Below, piece by piece: positions 50,290-58,311 of a stretch of 64,000 bases of DNA. Every line of letters starts with the position of its first letter. Positions within the stretch are counted from its first letter, which is position 1. A program made the translations under genes and the position numbers. Under the pieces are notes generated by a model that worked only from the letters and a program-made list of their open reading frames with translations, made no database searches and was not told the DNA's origin. The DNA comes from Candidatus Micrarchaeota archaeon (lineage in GTDB: Archaea > Micrarchaeota > Micrarchaeia > Anstonellales > Bilamarchaeaceae). The DNA lies in the NCBI GenBank assembly GCA_038046805.1, contig JBBSVO010000004.1:97419-161418 (forward strand), written 5' to 3'.

Positions 50290-51495
50290 ATGAAAACCAT
50301 AGACGACTTGGATGTTAGGGGAAAGAGAATAGTTATTCGCGTTGATATCAATTCTCCTGTTGAGAAAGAGGGTGGAAAAATAGTCCTTAACCCACGGATT
50401 TTATCGCATGCACGAACCATACGAGAGCTTAGCCAAAAAGGCGCCCGTGTGGTCGTCATTGCGCATCAGGGACGAAAAGGAGACCCTGACTTTTTGGATT
50501 TGAAAGGGCACGCAGAAGTTCTTTCACAAGTTGTGAAGCACCCAATAACATTCATTGACGAAATTATAGGACCGCGCGCAAAGGCGGCAATACAAAACAT
50601 GACGGACGGGGAAGTCGTTTTGCTTGAAAATGTCCGCTTCCTTGATGATGAGACTAAAGGCAATGCGGAAGAGTCCGCGATTGTCCGGGAAATTGCACCG
50701 CTTGCGGATTATTTCTTCCTTGACGCGCTTTCAGTTGCGCACCGCGGGCATGCCTCGGTTGTCGGATTCACAAAAACTGTTCCAAGCGCGGCTGGCCGAG
50801 TACTAAAGGAAGAAGTCGATGCGCTTGATAAAATCATGGACAGCACAGACATCACGTTCGTTTTCGGAGGCTCAAAGCCAGAAGATTCCATGGAAATAAT
50901 GAAAAAATGGATGGAAGCCGGAAAGATAAAAAACGCCCTTGTTGGCGGAGTGCTTGGCATATTGTTCCTGAAGGCAAGCGGAGCAAATGTTGGGAAATCA
51001 GAGGCGTTCCTTGCATCAAAAGGTTTGCTTGAAAAATTAGGGGAAGTGAAAGTCATACTTGAAAAATACGGAGACAAAATCGTTATTCCGTCCGATTGCG
51101 GGATAAATATTGATGGAAAACGGGTTGATTGCGACATTTCCGATTCGGAGTGCATTGCAAACGGGGAAATATTCGATATCGGACCGAAAACAACGGAAAG
51201 ATACAGGAAAATCTTATCCGAAGCCAAAACAATAATGATAAACGGACCGCTAGGAGTTTATGAAATAGATGAATTCGCTACCGGAACAAAGAAAATTCTA
51301 AACACAATCGCGGACTGCACGAACTTCTCCATAGTTGGAGGCGGACACACGATAACAGCAATAGAAAAATTCGGGATTGATAAAACGAAATTCAGTTACA
51401 TCTCGCTGTCAGGAAAAGCGCTTATTGAATATCTGAGCGGAAAGGAATTAGTCGGGATAGCCGCATTGAAAGATAGTGCGAAGAGGCATTTCTAA
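50290..51495 (+). CDS. pgk: Phosphoglycerate kinase
   Basis: RVDINSP, AHQGR, LLENVRF, AHRGHAS, DIGPKT, GGGHT. Confidence 0.96.
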   Translation: MKTIDDLDVRGKRIVIRVDINSPVEKEGGKIVLNPRILSHARTIRELSQKGARVVVIAHQGRKGDPDFLDLKGHAEVLSQVVKHPITFIDEIIGPRAKAAIQNMTDGEVVLLENVRFLDDETKGNAEESAIVREIAPLADYFFLDALSVAHRGHASVVGFTKTVPSAAGRVLKEEVDALDKIMDSTDITFVFGGSKPEDSMEIMKKWMEAGKIKNALVGGVLGILFLKASGANVGKSEAFLASKGLLEKLGEVKVILEKYGDKIVIPSDCGINIDGKRVDCDISDSECIANGEIFDIGPKTTERYRKILSEAKTIMINGPLGVYEIDEFATGTKKILNTIADCTNFSIVGGGHTITAIEKFGIDKTKFSYISLSGKALIEYLSGKELVGIAALKDSAKRHF

Positions 51496-51509
51496 AGAGA
51501 TTGCAGGGT

Positions 51510-52619
51510 TTATCCTTCATCCGGCTTTGACGGAACCCAACCTAATTTTTTTACCCAGATATAAGACACTGCTATTGCAATAACCGTTGAAACCGTCAAT
51601 AGAGCAAGATACCACCCGGCATCCTGGGGCCCAAGTGCAAATGCAGAACTGCCCATAATCGTAGCGATTGTATTTGGAACAAGAACCGCCGTACCTATTA
51701 TTGTCAGATAGGTTACGACCATTGTAAGCCGATTGTTCAAAACCTGTAATTGATTATTGTATATGCTTTGCAGAACTTCCAGACCGCTCGCCAAAACCTC
51801 GCTCAAATGCTCTGCCAGACCGATTTGGGTATTTACCTCACTGCTCAATGCGTCCAACTGGTCCAGGAGACGATCTTCGTCTGTGAGTAGTACCGGATCA
51901 CCGTAACGAAGGGAGTTCAAAACATCTAAAGTGCTCCACAGAGAACCTAAATAGACTATAAGTGCGTGCTTCATCTGATGGATTTTTGGTCCGATTACAC
52001 CTCTCGGAGTTTTTGGATCTGCGAGAATTTGGCTTAACTGATCCCCATTTTCCTCGATTTCCCTTAAGTGGTCAAAATTTCGTCCGTTGTTTTCATCTAC
52101 AATCCTGATGAGAATTTTCGTAACCTTGTCCGCCGCAGGTTCATCCACCTTAATTTTTTTCATGAATGTTTCGGCATATCTTCTCAGATGGAAAAATCTC
52201 CTGACTTCGGTTCCGTGCAAAGTGAAGACGATATTGTTTTTTATGAGAATAAGAAGCGGGTTTACTTTTACATCAAAATGATTCACGATTACGGCTGGGA
52301 TAAGAATTCCGAGCTCTGAATCATTATCTACATAGGAACCACGTTTGTTGTTCAGCAGACTGCGAACAAGCTGCTTGCTAAAACCCATTGTTGAGGCAAT
52401 GGATTCTGCTTCTTTGTGAAGGTCTACGGCAACAAAATCAACCCATGAGACTGATGCCTCGTCTACCAAATCCTTAAACTCTGTAACGTTCCTTCCTTCC
52501 TGTTTTTTAGTGCCTGAATTTTCCAACAAAGAAACGCAGAATCCCTGTGATTCTACGGCGAGAACCAGTGCTTGCTGGTCTTTGAGCTTGAGTTTCTTCC
52601 CCAAGGTGTGTCTTACCAT
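51510..52619 (-). CDS. CorA-family divalent cation transporter
   Basis: Large soluble domain, LNNRLT and two C-terminal TMs; GMN replaced by GSS. Confidence 0.82.
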   Translation of the reverse strand: MVRHTLGKKLKLKDQQALVLAVESQGFCVSLLENSGTKKQEGRNVTEFKDLVDEASVSWVDFVAVDLHKEAESIASTMGFSKQLVRSLLNNKRGSYVDNDSELGILIPAVIVNHFDVKVNPLLILIKNNIVFTLHGTEVRRFFHLRRYAETFMKKIKVDEPAADKVTKILIRIVDENNGRNFDHLREIEENGDQLSQILADPKTPRGVIGPKIHQMKHALIVYLGSLWSTLDVLNSLRYGDPVLLTDEDRLLDQLDALSSEVNTQIGLAEHLSEVLASGLEVLQSIYNNQLQVLNNRLTMVVTYLTIIGTAVLVPNTIATIMGSSAFALGPQDAGWYLALLTVSTVIAIAVSYIWVKKLGWVPSKPDEG

Positions 52620-52670
52620 ACGGGAGAAAACGACAAGAAGATATAAATAGGTTGCTGGAGGAAACAAACT

Positions 52671-53066
52671 ATGCAGCTGCAAAATGAACTCAAGAATTTG
52701 GCTGGGCAGGCAAAAAAAAGAAAAGGCGTGCTGGCGATTTACTTATTCGGATCTGTTGCAAGAGGACATCCAAATGCAAAATCCGACATAGACATATGTA
52801 TAATTCCTGAAAAAGAAAAACTAGGTATGGACAGTATCATAGAAATGTTCGGCACTGCCAGCCCCAGTATTGATCTCGTGAATTTTTACAGACTACCTAT
52901 TCAGATGCGCTATCGGGTCTTTAAGGAAGGGAAATCAATATATGAAAAAGACAGAGGTCTGGTGTCTCGCATCATTTCAAAAACAATAAGCGAATATCTG
53001 GATATGAAACCAGGACTCGAAAGGATTTACAAAGCAATACTAAAGGGGAAGAGAAAACATGGATAA
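52671..53066 (+). CDS. Minimal nucleotidyltransferase (MNT antitoxin)
   Basis: LFGSVARG, SDIDI, IDLV. Confidence 0.9.
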   Translation: MQLQNELKNLAGQAKKRKGVLAIYLFGSVARGHPNAKSDIDICIIPEKEKLGMDSIIEMFGTASPSIDLVNFYRLPIQMRYRVFKEGKSIYEKDRGLVSRIISKTISEYLDMKPGLERIYKAILKGKRKHG

Positions 53067-53462
53067 GGAACGAATAGCCGCAATAATAAAAGGCATAGAA
53101 CAGAATCTCACTGAGGCAGAAGAACGCTTCAAAGACGGAGATGCATTTAATGACAAGATAAAATTTGATGCAGGTTGCATGTCCATATTCCAGTCAATAA
53201 ACCGATCCATAGACCTTGCTGAAGAGATTATCTCTTTGCTGAGGTTGCAGATTCCAGGAAGTTACAATGACTCGTTTGACATCCTGAAAAAAGCAAAAAT
53301 CATAAAAGAAGGCACCTGTGAAGAGATGAAAAACTTGTCAGATATAGGAATTTGATATCACACGAATATTATAATATAAGCCCTGAAGATGTGAAGAAGT
53401 TAATAAGGAGAATACATGCGATTGACGATTTTTTGAACGAAGCCAAAAGAGCAATGTTATAG
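53059..53462 (+). pseudogene. HEPN (DUF86) toxin, frameshifted at the A5 run 53329-53333
   Basis: The zero frame stops at 53355. The -1 frame continues LVRYRNLISHEYY...RAML* (RxxxxH motif) to TAG 53462. Confidence 0.85.
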
Positions 53463-54551
53463 TAATTTCACAAACTCGTCAAACAGGAACTTCGAATCAT
53501 GTGGTCCTGCTGATGCCTCTGGATGGTATTGGACTGAGAATATTGGCTTTGATACGTGGCGGATCCCTTCAACCGTATTATCGTTTGCGTGAATATGCGT
53601 AATTTCAAAATCCTTTGGCATGTTTTTTATCGCATAGCCATGGTTTTGGGTTGTGATTACGAGCCTGTTGCGGATTTTATCTAAGACCGGGTGATTTGAA
53701 CCGCGATGGCCGAACTTTAGTTTATAGGTATCTCCGCCAAATGCATGGGCGATTAGTTGGTGGCCAAGGCAGATTCCAAAAATCGGGTAGCTGATGAGTT
53801 CGCGAATTGTTTTGTGCTGAGCGGTAAGGATTGCCGGATCACCCGGACCGTTGGACAATAAGATTCCGTTTGGTTTATATGACTTGATTTGTTCCCCGGT
53901 CGCATCGTGCGGCAAAACTACAACTCGGATATTTCGCTTGACTAATTCGCGGATTATTGACATTTTCACTCCGAGATCAATGAGGACGACCGTTTGTTTT
54001 GCAGTCTTGTTTCCGAATTCCATTGGTTTTTTTACCGAAACTTTCTCAACGAAATTGATCGAGGAATATTCATAATCAATTGCGGAACTGATGGAAGCTT
54101 TGGAAAGTTCTCCTTCATATGTTATAAGAGTTGCTGGCATAACCCCGAAATTTCTTACCTTTCTTGTTAATGCGCGCGTGTCTATTCCATAGATTCCAGG
54201 CTTGTTGTGTTCTTTCAGGAATTCATCGATGGACTTTGACGCGTCCCTATCCGAAAAAACCTTGCTTGGTTGCCTTACGATGAATCCTTCTGCCTGGATT
54301 TTATCGCTTTCAAAATCGGTTTTGTTTATTCCGTAATTCCCGATTAGCGGATAGGTCATCATTAGTATTTGGCCCGCATAACTAGGATCAGTTAATGCCT
54401 CCTGATACCCCTGCATTGATGTGGTGAAAACCAGTTCTCCGATCGCAGTTCCGATTGCACCGAATCCTTTGCCATGGATTACGGTGCCGTCCTTTAGCAC
54501 AAGGACTGCCTTTTTACAATTGGTCTTGTGTCCAGAGTCTAGAGTCTTCAT
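53457..54551 (-). CDS. carA: Carbamoyl-phosphate synthase small subunit
   Basis: LTDPSYAGQI, GIDTRALT, SNGPGDP, GICLGHQ, QYHPEA. Confidence 0.97.
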   Translation of the reverse strand: MKTLDSGHKTNCKKAVLVLKDGTVIHGKGFGAIGTAIGELVFTTSMQGYQEALTDPSYAGQILMMTYPLIGNYGINKTDFESDKIQAEGFIVRQPSKVFSDRDASKSIDEFLKEHNKPGIYGIDTRALTRKVRNFGVMPATLITYEGELSKASISSAIDYEYSSINFVEKVSVKKPMEFGNKTAKQTVVLIDLGVKMSIIRELVKRNIRVVVLPHDATGEQIKSYKPNGILLSNGPGDPAILTAQHKTIRELISYPIFGICLGHQLIAHAFGGDTYKLKFGHRGSNHPVLDKIRNRLVITTQNHGYAIKNMPKDFEITHIHANDNTVEGIRHVSKPIFSVQYHPEASAGPHDSKFLFDEFVKLL

Positions 54552-54659
54552 TAGAATCAGAAATTAATTAGGGGAGGGAAGAGAATTAAAAGGTTGGGTT
54601 CCTGTTTCGCATTCCGAATTTCGCGTGTCGCGTTTTGAGTTTTACGCATCGTGTTTGAG

Positions 54660-54675
54660 ATTGTTTTTGAACCGC
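54660..54675 (+). repeat. Junction motif copy A (truncated, left boundary of the cassette array)
   Basis: ATTGTTTTTGAACCGC, identical to part of copy B. Confidence 0.55.
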
Positions 54676-54717
54676 GCGGATTGGTTCGCAAATGGGAAAC
54701 CGTTGACAAACGAGCTA

Positions 54718-54860
54718 TAGCAAACCGCGAAAGTAATGCAACCGAATGAGGTACATTGCCCGTGAATTGCAGTCGCGGTTTGCTAGGTAGTAAGACAAGA
54801 AAGTCCATGTTTGTCCGACGAATCGGACAAAATGCATCTTTTTGCTCAAAGCAAAAAGAT
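54718..54860. repeat. Hairpin cluster including a CGACGAATCG-loop hairpin of the REP-like family
   Basis: 13-bp inverted repeat TAGCAAACCGCGA/TCGCGGTTTGCTA; TTTGTCCGA-CGAA-TCGGACAAA; ATCTTTTTGC-TCAAA-GCAAAAAGAT. Confidence 0.65.
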
Positions 54861-54915
54861 TGTCGCAAAACTTTCTTGGATTGCTATATAATTACAAAAC
54901 GTTTTAAATTATCGG

Positions 54916-56517
54916 ATGGAATGTGCGGATATGGCCAAGGCAAAGGAGGTTCTAATTGCCGGTGCCGTCATTGTCACCGGTGCGTGGGCAGTCAATCACT
55001 ATAAGCCTGAAATTTTCGCAAGAGGGGCAAGGTTAATTGAATCCATTGTAAAACCCGTTGGAAACGCAATAAGAAGAGAAATAAAAGATTTTATCCCATT
55101 GGCAGACGAAGAAGCGGCCAGAACAGGCAAATACTTCTGCAAAAGGACAGAAATGGAAGACAACATGCCATCAAAAGCGATTACTGCTAAAGAAGAGGAT
55201 TATGTTTCGGTGTGTATCTGGGATAATGGGGAATTTATAGCAACAAAACATTCTACCGGAAGAGAGATTACGCTGAGCGAGAAATGGTTTCCTCCGGATA
55301 CTTATCATTACTGGATGAAACTTCTTGACATTCGCGGGGATGTAACTGTCACATTTGATGGAGACGACAAATTTGAAATGGAGGAAGAGGTCATCAAAGC
55401 TAAAGACAAAGGCGGCTCAGAGAAATTTACTGTGGAATACGAATGCGAGTACGAAGAACCTTGTGGAGGAGACAACATTCGCGCAGTTTTCATAAGACCA
55501 TGCGAAAAGCAGTTGTTCAGAGACGGTGCTTTCGCAAACGGGGACCTCGGAACAAGAGTTGACGGCGGAAGCCTTGAAAGCGTCTGCGAAGACCTTAAGG
55601 AAAGCGAGATAACAGATGTTTTTGTTGCTTTCAAAGTAGACCATGAAGGGAAGGGTTGCGGAGACTACGGGGAACTGCTTTATGACAGTGAAAAATACCC
55701 TCAGAATGTAAGCGAAAGTTTCAGAAAAGCATTTGAAAGCGGAATAGACCCTATAAAAGAGCTGATGAAAGCATGTAACGGAAAGGGAATGACGTTTCAT
55801 GCATGGTTTCCTGTGTTTGCTGACAGGATAGCCGCAAAGATTGCGGGGGTTTCTGCGAGAAATGAGGCTTTTGGATGTGGTGGGGAACCTATGTTTAGCG
55901 AGGTTTTTGCAGACCCTGAAAATGAAGCGGTTAGAAAATATCAAATTGAGCTTTTAGAAGAGATAATGCATAGGTATTATGGCATAGCCGGAGTAAATTT
56001 AGATTACATTCGATATCCGAACCCTGGTGATGGAGATATACCAACTTATTACACTGTAAAGGTAACTCCACAAGCAATCTTAGATTTTGTAACAATGGTG
56101 AAACATCATGTTACAAGAAGAATTTCTGCAGATGTATTTGCTGAGGAAAGTACAAGAATCAACTCCGGCCAGAATGGAATTTTGGGTTATGTTGACATAA
56201 TTCTGCCGATGTCATACACTTATTTCGGAGATTTTGATGGTCCGAGTGACGTCAAGTTTTGGACACAGGACGCGTATTCTCTTTATCCTTTAAAACAGAT
56301 TGTACCAGTATTGAGAGGGTGGATTGAAGGGATTAACGATTATCGTTCTGATGGATTAATAGATGATTTAACGCAGGATGTTGAAGCAGCAAAGAAAGGC
56401 AGAGCGAATGGTTACGGGATATTTACTTATGAATCGTTGTTATCCGAGCAGTGGAAATACCAAAGATTGGCGGACATCGTGAAAATAATAGAACCTAAAA
56501 ACAAGGAAGGAGAGTAG
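54916..56517 (+). CDS. GHL10 (DUF187/YddW-like) glycoside hydrolase-like protein, copy 1 (start may be 54931)
   Basis: IRAVFI, DPIKELMKAC...FHAWF, FADPEN, GVNLDYIRYP, ISADVF, VDIILPMSY; N-terminal hydrophobic anchor. Confidence 0.75.
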   Translation: MECADMAKAKEVLIAGAVIVTGAWAVNHYKPEIFARGARLIESIVKPVGNAIRREIKDFIPLADEEAARTGKYFCKRTEMEDNMPSKAITAKEEDYVSVCIWDNGEFIATKHSTGREITLSEKWFPPDTYHYWMKLLDIRGDVTVTFDGDDKFEMEEEVIKAKDKGGSEKFTVEYECEYEEPCGGDNIRAVFIRPCEKQLFRDGAFANGDLGTRVDGGSLESVCEDLKESEITDVFVAFKVDHEGKGCGDYGELLYDSEKYPQNVSESFRKAFESGIDPIKELMKACNGKGMTFHAWFPVFADRIAAKIAGVSARNEAFGCGGEPMFSEVFADPENEAVRKYQIELLEEIMHRYYGIAGVNLDYIRYPNPGDGDIPTYYTVKVTPQAILDFVTMVKHHVTRRISADVFAEESTRINSGQNGILGYVDIILPMSYTYFGDFDGPSDVKFWTQDAYSLYPLKQIVPVLRGWIEGINDYRSDGLIDDLTQDVEAAKKGRANGYGIFTYESLLSEQWKYQRLADIVKIIEPKNKEGE

Positions 56518-56922
56518 ATGAAACTTACAAAATTTGATATTTTCATATTTACACTAATATTGGTGTATGTGATTGTTCTTGGTTCAGCCACAATCTCCCT
56601 GCTAGGAGATATAAACATAATTTTTACAAATAAAGTTCCGATAGAATCATATGTTGAATATGTATCCAACATATTCACGTATGAAGACCGATACCGTTCC
56701 TATGCCTTAGAAATCTGTAAAATCGTGGATTCTGATGCAGAGAGTTATAGAGTTATAAGCGGAAACTGGGGGAACAGTGTGGAAACTCACTTCTTTTCAA
56801 ACGGAACGAAAATATGCACATTTTCATCACATATAGAGATGAGGGATGGTGTAAAGTACTATTATGAAAAAGCAGGGTGTCCACCAATAGAGAAATGTAG
56901 GATTATTCTTGGGGGGAGTTAA
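56518..56922 (+). CDS. Small membrane-anchored protein, paralogue of 60665
   Basis: N-terminal TM; C-terminal YYEKAGCPPIEKCRIILGGS. Confidence 0.75.
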   Translation: MKLTKFDIFIFTLILVYVIVLGSATISLLGDINIIFTNKVPIESYVEYVSNIFTYEDRYRSYALEICKIVDSDAESYRVISGNWGNSVETHFFSNGTKICTFSSHIEMRDGVKYYYEKAGCPPIEKCRIILGGS

Positions 56923-56933
56923 ATATTGGTTTA

Positions 56934-56977
56934 TCGGATTTATTGTTTTTGAACCGCTCTCTGGTCCGCCGTAAGGT
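56934..56977 (+). repeat. Junction motif copy B
   Basis: TCGGATTTATTGTTTTTGAACCGCTCTCTGGTCCGCCGTAAGGT followed by TATATATA. Confidence 0.9.
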
Positions 56978-57004
56978 TATATATAGCCTCAGATTCGCAG
57001 TGAA

Positions 57005-57226
57005 ATGAGTCAGTGCTATATGGTCAGGGAAGGAAAAATTACAGTGAACCTCATAAATTATTCGGTTCACTATGTCGCGACCGACGCATCGGTCACGAGC
57101 ATGTTCATGAACGAATCTTCGTTCATGACATCTATCCAACCAACACCTGTAAATCCAAGGTATTTAATCCTGAAAACTTTGTTGGTTGGATATAGGATGC
57201 TTAAATCTGCCGTAGAAGTCCGATAA
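57005..57226 (+). CDS. Short ORF or gene fragment downstream of the junction B TATA box
   Basis: ATG about 25 nt after the TATA; no motif; 3' end overlaps hicA. Confidence 0.3.
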   Translation: MSQCYMVREGKITVNLINYSVHYVATDASVTSMFMNESSFMTSIQPTPVNPRYLILKTLLVGYRMLKSAVEVR

Positions 57227-57431
57227 ATTCGTCCCTTGTTAGTTCCATATCACGTATGATTTTTCTTAAAAGGCCTCTGCCGATTTCTCTGCCTGCATGC
57301 ACCGGGACGGTTATGAGAACTCCCTTTTCGTTCTTGAATTGAACATGACTGCCACTTTGCCTTACCATCGTATATCCTTTAAGAACGAGTATTTTTATCA
57401 GGGTTTTTGCATCCACCAAGGGAAGCTTCAT
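57201..57431 (-). CDS. hicA: HicA family toxin
   Basis: RQSGSHVQFK, TVPVH. Confidence 0.9.
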   Translation of the reverse strand: MKLPLVDAKTLIKILVLKGYTMVRQSGSHVQFKNEKGVLITVPVHAGREIGRGLLRKIIRDMELTRDEFIGLLRQI

Positions 57432-57643
57432 GCAGAAACCTCTATTTTCTGTACCCCTATAAACTCATGTGGCTTAACTTCTTTTTGACCTTGCAGACAA
57501 AGACTTATTACTTCCTTAATATTTTCAAGAACTTCCTGCAGGGTTTTTCCCTGGGTATAGCAACCTTTCAAATCCGGAACTTCTGCGACATACATTCCGT
57601 CCTCGTCTTTTTCAATGATTGCTGTAAAACTATATTTTTGCAT
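57428..57643 (-). CDS. hicB: HicB family antitoxin (short, no DNA-binding domain)
   Basis: DEDGMYVAEVPDLKGCYTQGKTLQEVLENIKE. Confidence 0.9.
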   Translation of the reverse strand: MQKYSFTAIIEKDEDGMYVAEVPDLKGCYTQGKTLQEVLENIKEVISLCLQGQKEVKPHEFIGVQKIEVSA

Positions 57644-57703
57644 ATTTAACACCTATTTATTAAGACGGGCTTTGTTTTTAATCTTTTCCGATTTTTTAAT
57701 TCG

Positions 57704-57760
57704 TTTAACGCTCGGATTTATTGAAGTTGAACCGCTCGTTGGTCCGCCGTAAGGTATATA
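57704..57760 (+). repeat. Junction motif copy C
   Basis: TTTAACGCTCGGATTTATTGAAGTTGAACCGCTCGTTGGTCCGCCGTAAGGTATATA. Confidence 0.9.
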
Positions 57761-57783
57761 TGCATTAACGTGCACAAGTTGAG

Positions 57784-58008
57784 TTGGTGCAGACTATGAA
57801 ACTAAGAGTTGTCCTTGAGCAGGATGAAGATGGTGTCTATGTTGCCGTTTGTCAAACTTTGCCCGGCTGCGTGTCACAGGGGAAAACAAGAGACGAAGCT
57901 TTAAGGAATATAAAAGATGCAATAAGCGGATATTTGCACAGCTTGAAACAGCATAATGAGCCGGTGCCCCCATCAATACAGGAAGAGATAGTTGATGTTG
58001 ATGCCTAA
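57784..58008 (+). CDS. hicB: HicB family antitoxin (short)
   Basis: DEDGVYVAVCQTLPGCVSQGKTRDEALRNIKDAI. Confidence 0.9.
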   Translation: MVQTMKLRVVLEQDEDGVYVAVCQTLPGCVSQGKTRDEALRNIKDAISGYLHSLKQHNEPVPPSIQEEIVDVDA

Positions 58009-58234
58009 GCTGCCAATTTTATCAGGAGCAGAACTTGTCAAACTTCTTTCAAAGATAGGTTACTTACCAGACCACCAAACTGGAAGCCATATTATACTGA
58101 GGCAGGAAAAAGAGCCGCACAGACGATTAACTGTTCCGAATCACAGGGAAATTTCAAAAGGAACACTACTGGCAATCATAAAACAAGCAGGACTGACACG
58201 AGAAGAGTTTGAAATGCTGTATTATAAAAGATAG
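58001..58234 (+). CDS. hicA: HicA family toxin
   Basis: MPKLP, HQTGSHIIL, TVPNH, GTLLAIIKQAG. Confidence 0.9.
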   Translation: MPKLPILSGAELVKLLSKIGYLPDHQTGSHIILRQEKEPHRRLTVPNHREISKGTLLAIIKQAGLTREEFEMLYYKR

Positions 58235-58267
58235 ATTTGTTCTTTGAACCGCTCTCTGGTCCGCCGT
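58234..58267 (+). repeat. Junction motif copy D
   Basis: GATTTGTTCTTTGAACCGCTCTCTGGTCCGCCGT, 34/34 identical to copy E; begins at the hicA stop. Confidence 0.9.
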
Positions 58268-58311
58268 GGGCTAGCAGGCACATGAGATTGCAAAACATTT
58301 TAAATCGTCTG

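Noticed and set aside
54557..54868. 103-aa - strand ORF upstream of carA
   Set aside because: Composed of heptamer repeats, junction A and hairpins; no protein-like features.
58237..58311. N-terminal extension of GHL10 copy 2 given by the ORF track (TTG start)
   Set aside because: It runs through junction D and the promoter. Alignment with copy 1 places the start at 58312 or 58327.
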